Below, one piece after another: positions 39,971 to 48,988 of a stretch of DNA of 64,000 bases. Source of the DNA: an uncultured Caldithrix sp. (lineage in GTDB: Bacteria; Electryoneota; AABM5-125-24; Hatepunaeales; Hatepunaeaceae); the NCBI GenBank assembly GCA_964355675.1, contig CAYHEC010000010.1, positions 41,160 through 105,159 of the forward strand. The letters run 5' to 3'. Each line of letters starts with the position of its first letter. Position 1 is the stretch's first letter. The translations under genes were made by a program, and so were the position numbers. The notes under the pieces were generated by a model. The model made no database searches. It had not been told where the DNA came from and was given only the letters and a program-made list of their open reading frames with translations.

Positions 39971-40302
39971 CGTTTTTGATCAGTCCGAAAGTCGATTGTG
40001 AAATCCAACTGTTTCATTGCTACAAATATCACATACTTATCGTTTGAATAAATATGTATCACAATGATGCAGTTTTCAAAAGTGCGAACACTCAAAGTAA
40101 CTATTTTCATTGTTAAAGTCAAGATTAGCATGGAAATTGTAAGATGTGGCGTCTTTTTTGATTGGTCTATCCTTGATAGATGTCTGTTGAAAAAGTCCTC
40201 GCAAGACCAAGCGGACGCGGATGTCCGCTTGAACACATCCGAGTGAATATCGATGATTTAAAGAACCGATACTAACGAAGTCGAAATTTTGTGCCTTACT
40301 AA

Positions 40303-40331
40303 TTGACATGTACTTGACATTAAGGAATATA
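40303..40331 (+). promoter_or_regulatory. Candidate sigma70-like promoter upstream of the giant gene
   Basis: TTGACA (40303-40308), 17-nt spacer, AATATA (40326-40331); about 90 nt upstream of the ATG at 40419; consensus of this lineage unknown. Confidence 0.2.
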
Positions 40332-40418
40332 GAGACTAACTTGAATATGCCGTCACAAAGTAGCCATAAACCAATTCTATTATAAGTTTTACGAAACAGT
40401 CACCATAAGGTCAAACTA

Positions 40419-43400
40419 ATGAAAACGATCACTGGAATGCTACTCGCAGTAGTTCTTGTTTTGGTGGTGCCGCAGTTCGGTTTCGCCAGAATAATCAACG
40501 TCCCCGAAGAAAATCAGACTATTCAGGCGGCTATTAATACTGCAGAAGCAGGAGATACCGTTCTGGTTCAGCCGGGAATATACGGTGAAAATATTCTTTT
40601 TAACGGAATCGATATTGTCGTTGGCAGTCTGCTCCTGACGACCGGCGATCATGCTTATATCGACTCGACAATTATTGATGGAAACGCCAGCGCATCGGTT
40701 GTTAGAATCCGTACTGGTGAAACTGATGCTACTGTATTAACAGGCTTTACGATTATTAACGGCAGAGCAAATTATGGCGGCGGAGTTTATATTAACGCCG
40801 CCAGCCCGACACTCGATCATCTCATTATAACTCGAAATCACGCGATCAGAGACGGCGGCGGGATTTACTGCACGCATAACGCCAATCCCATTTTTAAACA
40901 TTTGACCGTGTCAGCCGATACTGCCGAACGGAGTAACGGCGGTCTGTTTACCTTTGATAATTCTTCAGCCACTATAATCAACTCCATCTTCAGGAGTAAC
41001 ATCCCTATCGGAACTCCTGCAGGACAAACGATTACCTTTTCCAACATTCAAAATGGTTACGCCGGACAGGGCAATATAAACAGTAATCCCCTCTTCGTCG
41101 ATCCGGGAAATGGTAACTTCCATCTGCAAGAAAATTCGCCGTGTATCGACGCTGGCGATCCGAATTCGCCTCCCGATCAAGATGAGTCTCGCGCTGATAT
41201 AGGGGCTTTTTATTTTGACCAGACTCCCTATCCGCGTATAGTTGCCTCGCATGACTCATTGGACTTCGGAGGCGTTCTTCCCGGTGCAGAACTTGCCAGA
41301 ATAATTACAATTATTAATCAAGGCGACGCCGACCTAATCGTTCAGCATCCCACGACCGACGGCGAACCTTTCCATGCCGATCCGGAGGATTGGGAGTCCG
41401 TTACTCTCGAACCGTTAGATACGCTCGAAGCCGAAGTTTTTTTCGCTCCAACCGAAATCGGGGATTTCGTGGGGCATTTCATCATCGAATCAAATGACCC
41501 TGATAACGAGACTCTTGATATAATACTCATCGGAAGTGGTGCTGTCCCGATCATAGCCGTAGCTTCTGATTCGCTTGATTTTGGTGTTGTTTTAATTGAT
41601 AATAGCTCCGAACTGCCTCTCGTCGTGAGCAATAATGGGGGAGCCGATCTGACAATAAGCGACGCCAGCGTTCAAGGAGATAACTACTCGATTGATTTTG
41701 GTGGTGAGTTTACCGTTCATCCCGATGAATCTGCTGAGATAATTGTCACATTTTCCCCGTCAGAAGCAGGCGGCTTCGATGGGGAAGTCACGATCACTTC
41801 TGATGATCCAGAGAATGCCGAAATGACTGTGGCCCTGGTCGGAGTCGGCAGAGAGCGAACCATCACAGAATTAGGGGCAATCGATACGCCGGGACAAGCG
41901 CTGGGAGTTGCTATCGTTGGATCTCTTGCACTCTTGTCCGACGGTCAGGGCGGTCTTCGAATAATCGATTATTCCGATCCTGCTAATCCTGCCGAAATTA
42001 GCTCCATCGAAACGCCGGGCAACGCCAGAGATATTGTTGTAGTAAATGGTTTAGCTTTTATCGCTGATGAGGAAAGCGGGCTGAGGATGATTGATTTCTC
42101 CGATCCCGAGCATCCTGCCGAAGTCTGGACGTTCGACACGCCCGGTCGGGCTTATGGAGTTGCGGTTGTTGGTTCGTTTGCTTATGTAGCCGATTACGAG
42201 GGAGGGCTCCGTATCGTAGATATTTCTGACCCCGAATCTCCCCATGAAGTAGGGGCATCCGAAACGAACGGCAATGCTCGAGCGGTAGCCATACTCGGTG
42301 ATTATGCGTACATAGCCGCGGAAGAGGGTGGCTTGGAAATAATCGATATTTCTGATCCGGAAAGTCCCCACCGAATTGGTTCTGTCGAAACTCCGGGGAG
42401 TGCCTATGGAATTATAGCTCGGGGAGGTTATGTTTATGTGGCCGATGGAGATAATGGTCTTTGTGTGATCGATGTTTCCACACCTGCTAACCCATCAGTA
42501 ATTACCAGCTACAACACGCCGGGGATTGCGTCCAACGTCACATCGACAGGTGAATTGATCTACGTTGCTGATTCGACCACTGGTATTCAAGTGATTAATA
42601 TAGCTGATCTTGAAAATATTGAAACGGTTGGTACATTCAACACGCATGCCGAAGCTTGTGATATTGCCATTCTTGGCGACTACTGTTTCGTCGCCGATGG
42701 AGAAAGCGGACTTCATGTATTGGACGTCTCGGAGATTGCTCAATACCCGGTTGTTTCCGTCACCCCAGAGGCGCTGAGGTTTCAGCGTACCGTTACCGGC
42801 TATAGTTCAGATATCACGTTGACAATCCATAATCGCGGTAATTGTACGTTGAATATTTTCGCGGTAGCGGTCGAGGGAAATTACTTCGAAAGTGAAATCG
42901 CAAATCCGGTGGCGATTGAGCCAATGGAGAGCTATGATTTGGCAGTTACTTTCACTCCGGAAGAAGCCGGCGATTTTGCTGGAACGCTAACAATTATTTC
43001 GGATGATCCATACCAACCTCACAAGCAAATCTCGTTGTCGGGAAGCGGGCTGGTCTTTGATCTTATCGAAGAGACCGGTTCACTCTTAGAGTTTTTCGCC
43101 GGAACTGAAGATGGATGCGCGTATGACAACTGGGTAAGCCATATCTCCGAGGGGGTTGCCCGAGACGGTTACAACGAATACTGTCCTCCGGAACTTGACC
43201 GGCAGACGAACGGCTTCGGCTCATTTACGATAATCGATAGTCTCGAAAATCCGGACGAAATAACCGCGAGTTGGTATGAGATATTTTCCAGCCTGTATCA
43301 TGGGGACATCGAAACCGCACGCGTAACCCTTGCTCTATCAAGTTTCAGCGATAAGTATCAGATAGTTCGTCTCGAAGATGGTGAGAAGAACTATGTAATC

Positions 43401-46400
43401 TTGAGAGAAAACCTGAATAATGAATACTTTGATGACAATGGTACTCAGGACGCCGCCGATGACGTTCGCGGGTCGTTCGACTTGGGATGGGGGTTGTTTG
43501 TCTTCGATCTTGACCCTTTCACGCCGGATGTTATCATCGAAGTACCTCACCCGGAAGACGATTTTCTTGCTCCTCCATCTGGGATCGATGCATTTTTTAC
43601 GATTGGCGCGAGAGCGCTCTTCGTAGCAGGAGCCGGTCGTGAAGTCAGCTGGACCGGTGAGGGAAACTATACAAATCTGAAGTCATTTTCAGATCCTACA
43701 CGCATTGAGGGTAGTGCTTTCAATCAAGCACATAAAGCGGGGGTGGACTTGATTGATCAGGAATTTGTCATCCAGATTCACAGTTACGACAGCGAATCGC
43801 ATCCCACTTTGATGCCCGCCGAACTTTCCACACGGCTCGACTACTATCCTAATCGCCCAGTTCTGGATTTTGAGAATCACTTCGATATCGTAAGTCTCAC
43901 GCCGGAGATTCCGGTTCCCGCCAATTCAACTGGACATGAAAACCACGATTCGCTACGGGTCGATGATTTCTATGCTGTCTGGTATGATATCGACGTCTTA
44001 GGTACTTATCGCTATCACAATCGCTTGGATATATCGAACGACGTGGTGATGTTCGCATCGAGCATGAATGAACAGATGCTTTACTCGATGGCTGGCCATG
44101 ATACTCTGCGGGACGATGAAAAATGGCTTCATGTCGAACAGGACGAATTTCCAAATGTCATTACTGAGGATATTCTAAACTATTATAGCGCTGGCGGAGC
44201 TATGACCTACCATAATTTCAGCCCAGCAGTTCAGTTTTACCGCCCGGTGTACACGGCGGTAAGAAACTATTACCATCATAGAACCCTGCATAACGTTCCT
44301 GATGATTATCAGACAATCCAGGCCGCTGTTGACGCTTCAGTCAGTGGAGACACAGTGCTGGTTCAGCCCGGGACTTACGTTGAAACCGTCAACTTCAAGG
44401 GCAAAGACATCACGGTGGGAAGCCTCTTCCTGAACACCGGAGACCAAGCCTACATAGAATCAACTATCATAGATGGCAACCGCAACGGCAGTGTGGTGAG
44501 ATTTGACAGTGGTGAGACCAATAATGCCTTGTTGACCGGATTCACTATTCGAAACGGTTCCGGTTCCATCGATGCTGAAAATGACATCAGCGGCGGGGGG
44601 ATACATTGCCACAACGCATCGCCCCGTCTGAATTATCTCAAAATTGTTAACAATAATGCCTGGTATGCCGCGGGTATTTATTGCGAATTAGGTTCCGATG
44701 CGATTATCGATCATTGTCTGATTACTAACAACGTCGCCGCTATTGCTGGTGGTGGTATGGATTGCTATGCCGCCAGCCCCACCATGAGCAACTGTACCAT
44801 TGCGGATAATCAGGCAATCAGGGGAGGCGGGCTCTACCTATTCGATGGCTGTAATCTGACTATTACGAACAGTATCTTCTGGAATAACGCTCCGCAAGAA
44901 CTTCTTTATTCACTTAGCGGAGTTCCCGATACGGTTATATTTCAGTACACTGACATTATGGGTGGTGAGCGTCGAGTCAACACTCACCGTAACGGCGCTG
45001 TCATCTGGGGAGAAGGCAACATCGATCAGGATCCCCGATTTGTTGCCCCTGAGGAGGGTGACTACTCTCTAAGCGAAGGAAGCCCCTGCCAAGACGCCGG
45101 AAATCCTGGCGATACACGTGATCCCGATGACACGTGGATCGATATGGGAGCGCTCTATTCTCCTTATGAGCGAGACAATCAGCCGCGCATGGTTGTTAAT
45201 TCTAATAGATTTGGCTTCGGAACTGTCGAAGTCGGGCAGAACCTTCACTTGATATTGCAGATTCACAACACGGGCTATGCCGCTCTTACGGTTTCAGAGA
45301 TGAGGCTATCAGGAGATCATCCCGACGACTTCAGCGCAGACTTCGGACAGGAGTTAACGGTCGATCCCGGTCAGATTCGCAACGTCACATTGACATTTGC
45401 CCCCGGCGATGCAGGTCGTCGAGAAGCCAATATGGTCGCCACAAGTAATGATCCGGTGCAGGCAGAGACTCAAATGGCACTTGGTGGATTCGGATTAATC
45501 CGTGGAGATCGTCATTTATGGATTGTTCCGGATGACCTTGAAAGAATTCAGGAAGCTATTGATATATCAGTCGATGGCGATACTATTCTCGTTAGATCGG
45601 GTGTTTACCAGGAGAATATCGATTTTTCGGGCAAAGCGCTTGTAGTAGGTAGCTTCTTCCTGACCGATCGTGACCCGGAATTGATCACAAATACCGTTAT
45701 CCGAGGCGACAACAGCGGCGGAGTGGTTTCTTTCATCAGCGGAGAGGATACGAACTCTGTATTATCAGGATTCACAATAACGGGTGGGCAAGATGGAGTT
45801 TACAGCGCGTCTTCAAATCCAACTATAAGTTATTGTGTTATAAATAGTAACGCGGCAGTGAACACCGGCGGCGCGGGATTGTACTGCCGCGGTGGCGCTT
45901 CGCCAAGCCTTCTTAACTGTACTTTGGTTGATAATTCAGCTCGATGGGGCGGTGGTATGTACATTCGAGAAGGAAGTGGCGTCACCTTGACCAACTGTAT
46001 TGTTTGGGCAAATGATCCAAACACAGTTTACTCATCGGGTAACGGCGTAAGAAATCGACTTTCGGTGGATCACTCGAATATTGAGGGTGATCGACAGGGG
46101 GTTGTTACCAACAATAATTGTCAGGTCACCTGGGGCGAAGGCAATATCAACACAGATCCTCTGTTTGTTGATTTGGGTAATGGAGACTTCCGTCTGGGAG
46201 CCAACAGTCCCTGCGTCGATGCAGGCAATGCCAATTCGCCGCTCGATGCCGACAGCACCCGCGCCGATCTTGGCGCTCTTTACTATGACCATCGGACGCC
46301 TCGTATCGCTGTGGAGCCTGCCGAGCTCGATTTTGAACTGACAAGAATAGGCGAATTGTCAGAGAAAGAGATAGTTATCTTTAACAGGGGTGTTGCTGAC

Positions 46401-48908
46401 CTGACCGTTACAAATCTCCCCATAGAAGGCGAATACTTCTCTTGCGATTTCAGGCAGGAACTCGTGATCCACCCGGATGACTCTACCGTTGTCACTGTAG
46501 CCTTCATACCTGAGGTGCAAGGCGATTTCGAAGCTGTTCTGACGATTTTGTCCGATGACCCTAACAATTGGGCGATTCCTGTTCGTCTTCATGGTGTTAG
46601 TGGGAGCCAACCACCGGAAATCATCAGCGAGATAGGAGATCTGTCCTACCCAGAAGACTCTGGTCCCTGGACAATCGCCGATCTCGATACGGTCTTCAAT
46701 GATCCGGAGGGAGATAACCTGACTTTCAGCGCTATAGCGCCTGACCCGTTGACGGTGTTAATTGGGAACGAAGATCATGTCTTGGTTCTTGAAGCGCCCG
46801 CCAACTTTAACACCGAAGGACTCGAAATTCAAGTTACCGCATCGGATAGTATTGGCGGAAGACGGGTGATGATAATAAGGACTTTACGCGGAACCGCTAA
46901 TCAAATGGTACGGCTTACAGATTTAGGCTCAGTACAGCCGAAAGATGTCGGCAGTACCAATGAAGGAATTAATTCCTCATCGACCCCATTCAAAATTCAC
47001 CAGATCAGTCGCGATGGATCAGCAGAGGATATATTTACGCTTGTTATAGAACCAATCAACGATGAACCAGTGTGGGTGAATTACCCGCAAGAGATCATCC
47101 GAGTCGAGAGTGGTGGCGTTATCGAGTTTGTAGTAGTAACGGAAGACGTCGATGGTGATCGGTTGAATTTGAGGATGATTGGCAACGATCTCCCGGATGA
47201 AGTCCAGTTTGTCGTAACTGAAAATGGCCGAGGTCGCTTAAATTGGCAAACCACAATTGAAACGGTTGGTCATTTTGAAGTAGTCCTGTCGGTTTCTGAC
47301 GGTGCGGTTTCGTCGGAGATCACTGTAAACGTGATTGTCATCCACCCGCCTCAGCACTTCACGGAATTTGACCAGACAGAGCAAAGCCACAATTTGCATG
47401 TAACAGGCGTCTCAATCAACGGTGACCCGGTCTCTGCTGGCTGGGAAGTCGGCGTCTTTACGCCTGCCGGTGTTTTGGCAGGTGGGGACGCTTGGACGGA
47501 AGTTGAGATGGATCTGCCAGTCTGGGGCGCTGATGACAACCATCAGGATTATTTCCACGAAGGCGAGACAATGAGTCTCAAGTTGTGGGACTACCAAGCT
47601 GATGCGGAGTGGGATGGTGGGGCAGTGGTCGAAGAAGGTGAAATGAATTGGGTGAATAACGGCAATACCGTTCTTACTGTCGAAAGCAACAGCCTAAAAA
47701 CATTGGAAGTAGCCATGCGTCTGGGCTGGAAACTGATTTCGGTCAACGTGATCCCATCCGATCAGGATTTCTGGGCTGGCGACCCCGGTCCTGAAATTGT
47801 TCCGATGATGTCCCAGCTCCGCCGTCCGAACAACGGAGCACATCATCTAATTCTGATGAAGGATGAGCGTGGGCGGTTCTATATACCGGAACGTGGTTTC
47901 GGCAATATGTCTTATTGGAATCTCGCAGAGAGCTATCAGGTTCGTATCGACTCCGCTATGTCGGCATTCTGGACAGGAACGCCGATCAATCCACAAGCCG
48001 ATGTTCCGATTACCCGTGGTTGGAATTATATTGCTTACTTTCCGGATTATCAACTTTCTGCGTACAGCAGAGATGGTTGCTATGTGTTATCGCCGATCAT
48101 CGATCACGTTCTCCTAGCCAAGGACGGCCTTGGTAACTTTATGATCCCGTCACGCGGATTCTTCAGCAATATGCCGCCATGGCGGGAAGGACAGGGCTAC
48201 CAGATCAATGTCGATCAAGATGTTGTCCTGAATTACCCACAAGCACAGAATCAGGCCGCGGCATTGTCAGTCGATCCTGAGTCTGTCAAGGGTCGTTGGG
48301 CCGATGTACCTTCGACCGGTGCAAACATGAGCGTGTTGGTCACCAAGGTATCGGGCGTCGATCTTTCGACTTCCGACCAGGTTGCCGCGTTCAGCCCGTC
48401 CGGTCTTATGGTTGGCGTAGGCCGAGTAATCGATGGACAGATTGGTATTGCAGTCTGGGGCGACGACGCCTCAACCCAAGCGGTGGACGGCCTGAAAGAC
48501 GGCGAAGCGTTCACGCTGAAGTTGTGGAATGCCGCTGAAGACGTAGTTGTCGATCTTAGTTCGCGGGTTATCGAAGGCGACCGCCTTGTCTATTTGACAG
48601 ACGGTTTCACGGTAATCGACGCGTCTGTAACGACAGCACTTCCGACCGAGTTCTATCTCAGTCAGAACTACCCGAACCCGTTCAATGCAGTGACTCGTGT
48701 AGCCTTCGGCTTGCCGGAAGCATCACGTGTGACGGTTCGCGTGTTCGATCTGTCTGGACGTGAAGTATCGACGTTGGTGAGTGGTGAGCTTCAGGCTGGC
48801 CATCACAGTGTCGTGTTGGATGGCGAATCGATGGTATCGGGCGTTTACATCGTCAAGATGGAAGCGACGAACTTCAGCGCCGTTCGTAAAGTAATGCTCG
48901 TGAAGTAA
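40419..48908 (+). CDS. Giant secreted multidomain surface protein: signal peptide, three parallel beta-helix (Pmp/pectin-lyase-like) modules, Ig-like domains, LVIVD beta-propeller, T9SS C-terminal sorting domain
   Basis: 2829-aa uninterrupted ORF; signal peptide 'MKTITGMLLAVVLVLVVPQFGFA'; module 'VP..QTIQAA...GDTVLVQPG.Y.E...F.G.DI.VGS' occurs three times; GGG[IV]Y / F..N repeats; C-terminal 'NYPNPFNAVTRVAFGLPEASRVTVRVFDLSGREV...SGVYIVKMEATNFSAVRKVMLVK'. Confidence 0.85.
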   Translation: MKTITGMLLAVVLVLVVPQFGFARIINVPEENQTIQAAINTAEAGDTVLVQPGIYGENILFNGIDIVVGSLLLTTGDHAYIDSTIIDGNASASVVRIRTGETDATVLTGFTIINGRANYGGGVYINAASPTLDHLIITRNHAIRDGGGIYCTHNANPIFKHLTVSADTAERSNGGLFTFDNSSATIINSIFRSNIPIGTPAGQTITFSNIQNGYAGQGNINSNPLFVDPGNGNFHLQENSPCIDAGDPNSPPDQDESRADIGAFYFDQTPYPRIVASHDSLDFGGVLPGAELARIITIINQGDADLIVQHPTTDGEPFHADPEDWESVTLEPLDTLEAEVFFAPTEIGDFVGHFIIESNDPDNETLDIILIGSGAVPIIAVASDSLDFGVVLIDNSSELPLVVSNNGGADLTISDASVQGDNYSIDFGGEFTVHPDESAEIIVTFSPSEAGGFDGEVTITSDDPENAEMTVALVGVGRERTITELGAIDTPGQALGVAIVGSLALLSDGQGGLRIIDYSDPANPAEISSIETPGNARDIVVVNGLAFIADEESGLRMIDFSDPEHPAEVWTFDTPGRAYGVAVVGSFAYVADYEGGLRIVDISDPESPHEVGASETNGNARAVAILGDYAYIAAEEGGLEIIDISDPESPHRIGSVETPGSAYGIIARGGYVYVADGDNGLCVIDVSTPANPSVITSYNTPGIASNVTSTGELIYVADSTTGIQVINIADLENIETVGTFNTHAEACDIAILGDYCFVADGESGLHVLDVSEIAQYPVVSVTPEALRFQRTVTGYSSDITLTIHNRGNCTLNIFAVAVEGNYFESEIANPVAIEPMESYDLAVTFTPEEAGDFAGTLTIISDDPYQPHKQISLSGSGLVFDLIEETGSLLEFFAGTEDGCAYDNWVSHISEGVARDGYNEYCPPELDRQTNGFGSFTIIDSLENPDEITASWYEIFSSLYHGDIETARVTLALSSFSDKYQIVRLEDGEKNYVILRENLNNEYFDDNGTQDAADDVRGSFDLGWGLFVFDLDPFTPDVIIEVPHPEDDFLAPPSGIDAFFTIGARALFVAGAGREVSWTGEGNYTNLKSFSDPTRIEGSAFNQAHKAGVDLIDQEFVIQIHSYDSESHPTLMPAELSTRLDYYPNRPVLDFENHFDIVSLTPEIPVPANSTGHENHDSLRVDDFYAVWYDIDVLGTYRYHNRLDISNDVVMFASSMNEQMLYSMAGHDTLRDDEKWLHVEQDEFPNVITEDILNYYSAGGAMTYHNFSPAVQFYRPVYTAVRNYYHHRTLHNVPDDYQTIQAAVDASVSGDTVLVQPGTYVETVNFKGKDITVGSLFLNTGDQAYIESTIIDGNRNGSVVRFDSGETNNALLTGFTIRNGSGSIDAENDISGGGIHCHNASPRLNYLKIVNNNAWYAAGIYCELGSDAIIDHCLITNNVAAIAGGGMDCYAASPTMSNCTIADNQAIRGGGLYLFDGCNLTITNSIFWNNAPQELLYSLSGVPDTVIFQYTDIMGGERRVNTHRNGAVIWGEGNIDQDPRFVAPEEGDYSLSEGSPCQDAGNPGDTRDPDDTWIDMGALYSPYERDNQPRMVVNSNRFGFGTVEVGQNLHLILQIHNTGYAALTVSEMRLSGDHPDDFSADFGQELTVDPGQIRNVTLTFAPGDAGRREANMVATSNDPVQAETQMALGGFGLIRGDRHLWIVPDDLERIQEAIDISVDGDTILVRSGVYQENIDFSGKALVVGSFFLTDRDPELITNTVIRGDNSGGVVSFISGEDTNSVLSGFTITGGQDGVYSASSNPTISYCVINSNAAVNTGGAGLYCRGGASPSLLNCTLVDNSARWGGGMYIREGSGVTLTNCIVWANDPNTVYSSGNGVRNRLSVDHSNIEGDRQGVVTNNNCQVTWGEGNINTDPLFVDLGNGDFRLGANSPCVDAGNANSPLDADSTRADLGALYYDHRTPRIAVEPAELDFELTRIGELSEKEIVIFNRGVADLTVTNLPIEGEYFSCDFRQELVIHPDDSTVVTVAFIPEVQGDFEAVLTILSDDPNNWAIPVRLHGVSGSQPPEIISEIGDLSYPEDSGPWTIADLDTVFNDPEGDNLTFSAIAPDPLTVLIGNEDHVLVLEAPANFNTEGLEIQVTASDSIGGRRVMIIRTLRGTANQMVRLTDLGSVQPKDVGSTNEGINSSSTPFKIHQISRDGSAEDIFTLVIEPINDEPVWVNYPQEIIRVESGGVIEFVVVTEDVDGDRLNLRMIGNDLPDEVQFVVTENGRGRLNWQTTIETVGHFEVVLSVSDGAVSSEITVNVIVIHPPQHFTEFDQTEQSHNLHVTGVSINGDPVSAGWEVGVFTPAGVLAGGDAWTEVEMDLPVWGADDNHQDYFHEGETMSLKLWDYQADAEWDGGAVVEEGEMNWVNNGNTVLTVESNSLKTLEVAMRLGWKLISVNVIPSDQDFWAGDPGPEIVPMMSQLRRPNNGAHHLILMKDERGRFYIPERGFGNMSYWNLAESYQVRIDSAMSAFWTGTPINPQADVPITRGWNYIAYFPDYQLSAYSRDGCYVLSPIIDHVLLAKDGLGNFMIPSRGFFSNMPPWREGQGYQINVDQDVVLNYPQAQNQAAALSVDPESVKGRWADVPSTGANMSVLVTKVSGVDLSTSDQVAAFSPSGLMVGVGRVIDGQIGIAVWGDDASTQAVDGLKDGEAFTLKLWNAAEDVVVDLSSRVIEGDRLVYLTDGFTVIDASVTTALPTEFYLSQNYPNPFNAVTRVAFGLPEASRVTVRVFDLSGREVSTLVSGELQAGHHSVVLDGESMVSGVYIVKMEATNFSAVRKVMLVK
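41880..42735 (+). repeat. Seven tandem LVIVD-type repeats (beta-propeller) within the giant protein
   Basis: Recurring ~40-aa unit 'TPG.A.GVA..G..AY.AD...GL.I.D.SDP..P' seen seven times. Confidence 0.7.
48651..48905 (+). other. T9SS (Por secretion system) C-terminal sorting domain of the giant protein
   Basis: Final ~85 aa begin 'FYLSQNYPNPFNAVT' and end 'KVMLVK', matching the conserved type-A CTD pattern. Confidence 0.8.
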
Positions 48909-48929
48909 AGAAGTAGTAGCTCAAGCAGT

Positions 48930-48951
48930 GGGGCGGATTGCAATCCGCCCC
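48930..48951. terminator. GC-rich hairpin between convergent genes (candidate bidirectional terminator)
   Basis: GGGGCGGAT-TGCA-ATCCGCCCC, 9-bp perfect stem with 4-nt loop, 22 nt after the giant gene stop; no clean U-tract. Confidence 0.4.
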
Positions 48952-48988
48952 TACGGCAATTCAATATTCTATCGAATTCAACTTAATA

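Noticed and set aside
40419-48908. Possibility that the internal repetition in the giant gene is a CRISPR array or mobile repeat
   Set aside because: The repeats are diverged protein-coding modules in one continuous frame, not short identical direct repeats with spacers.
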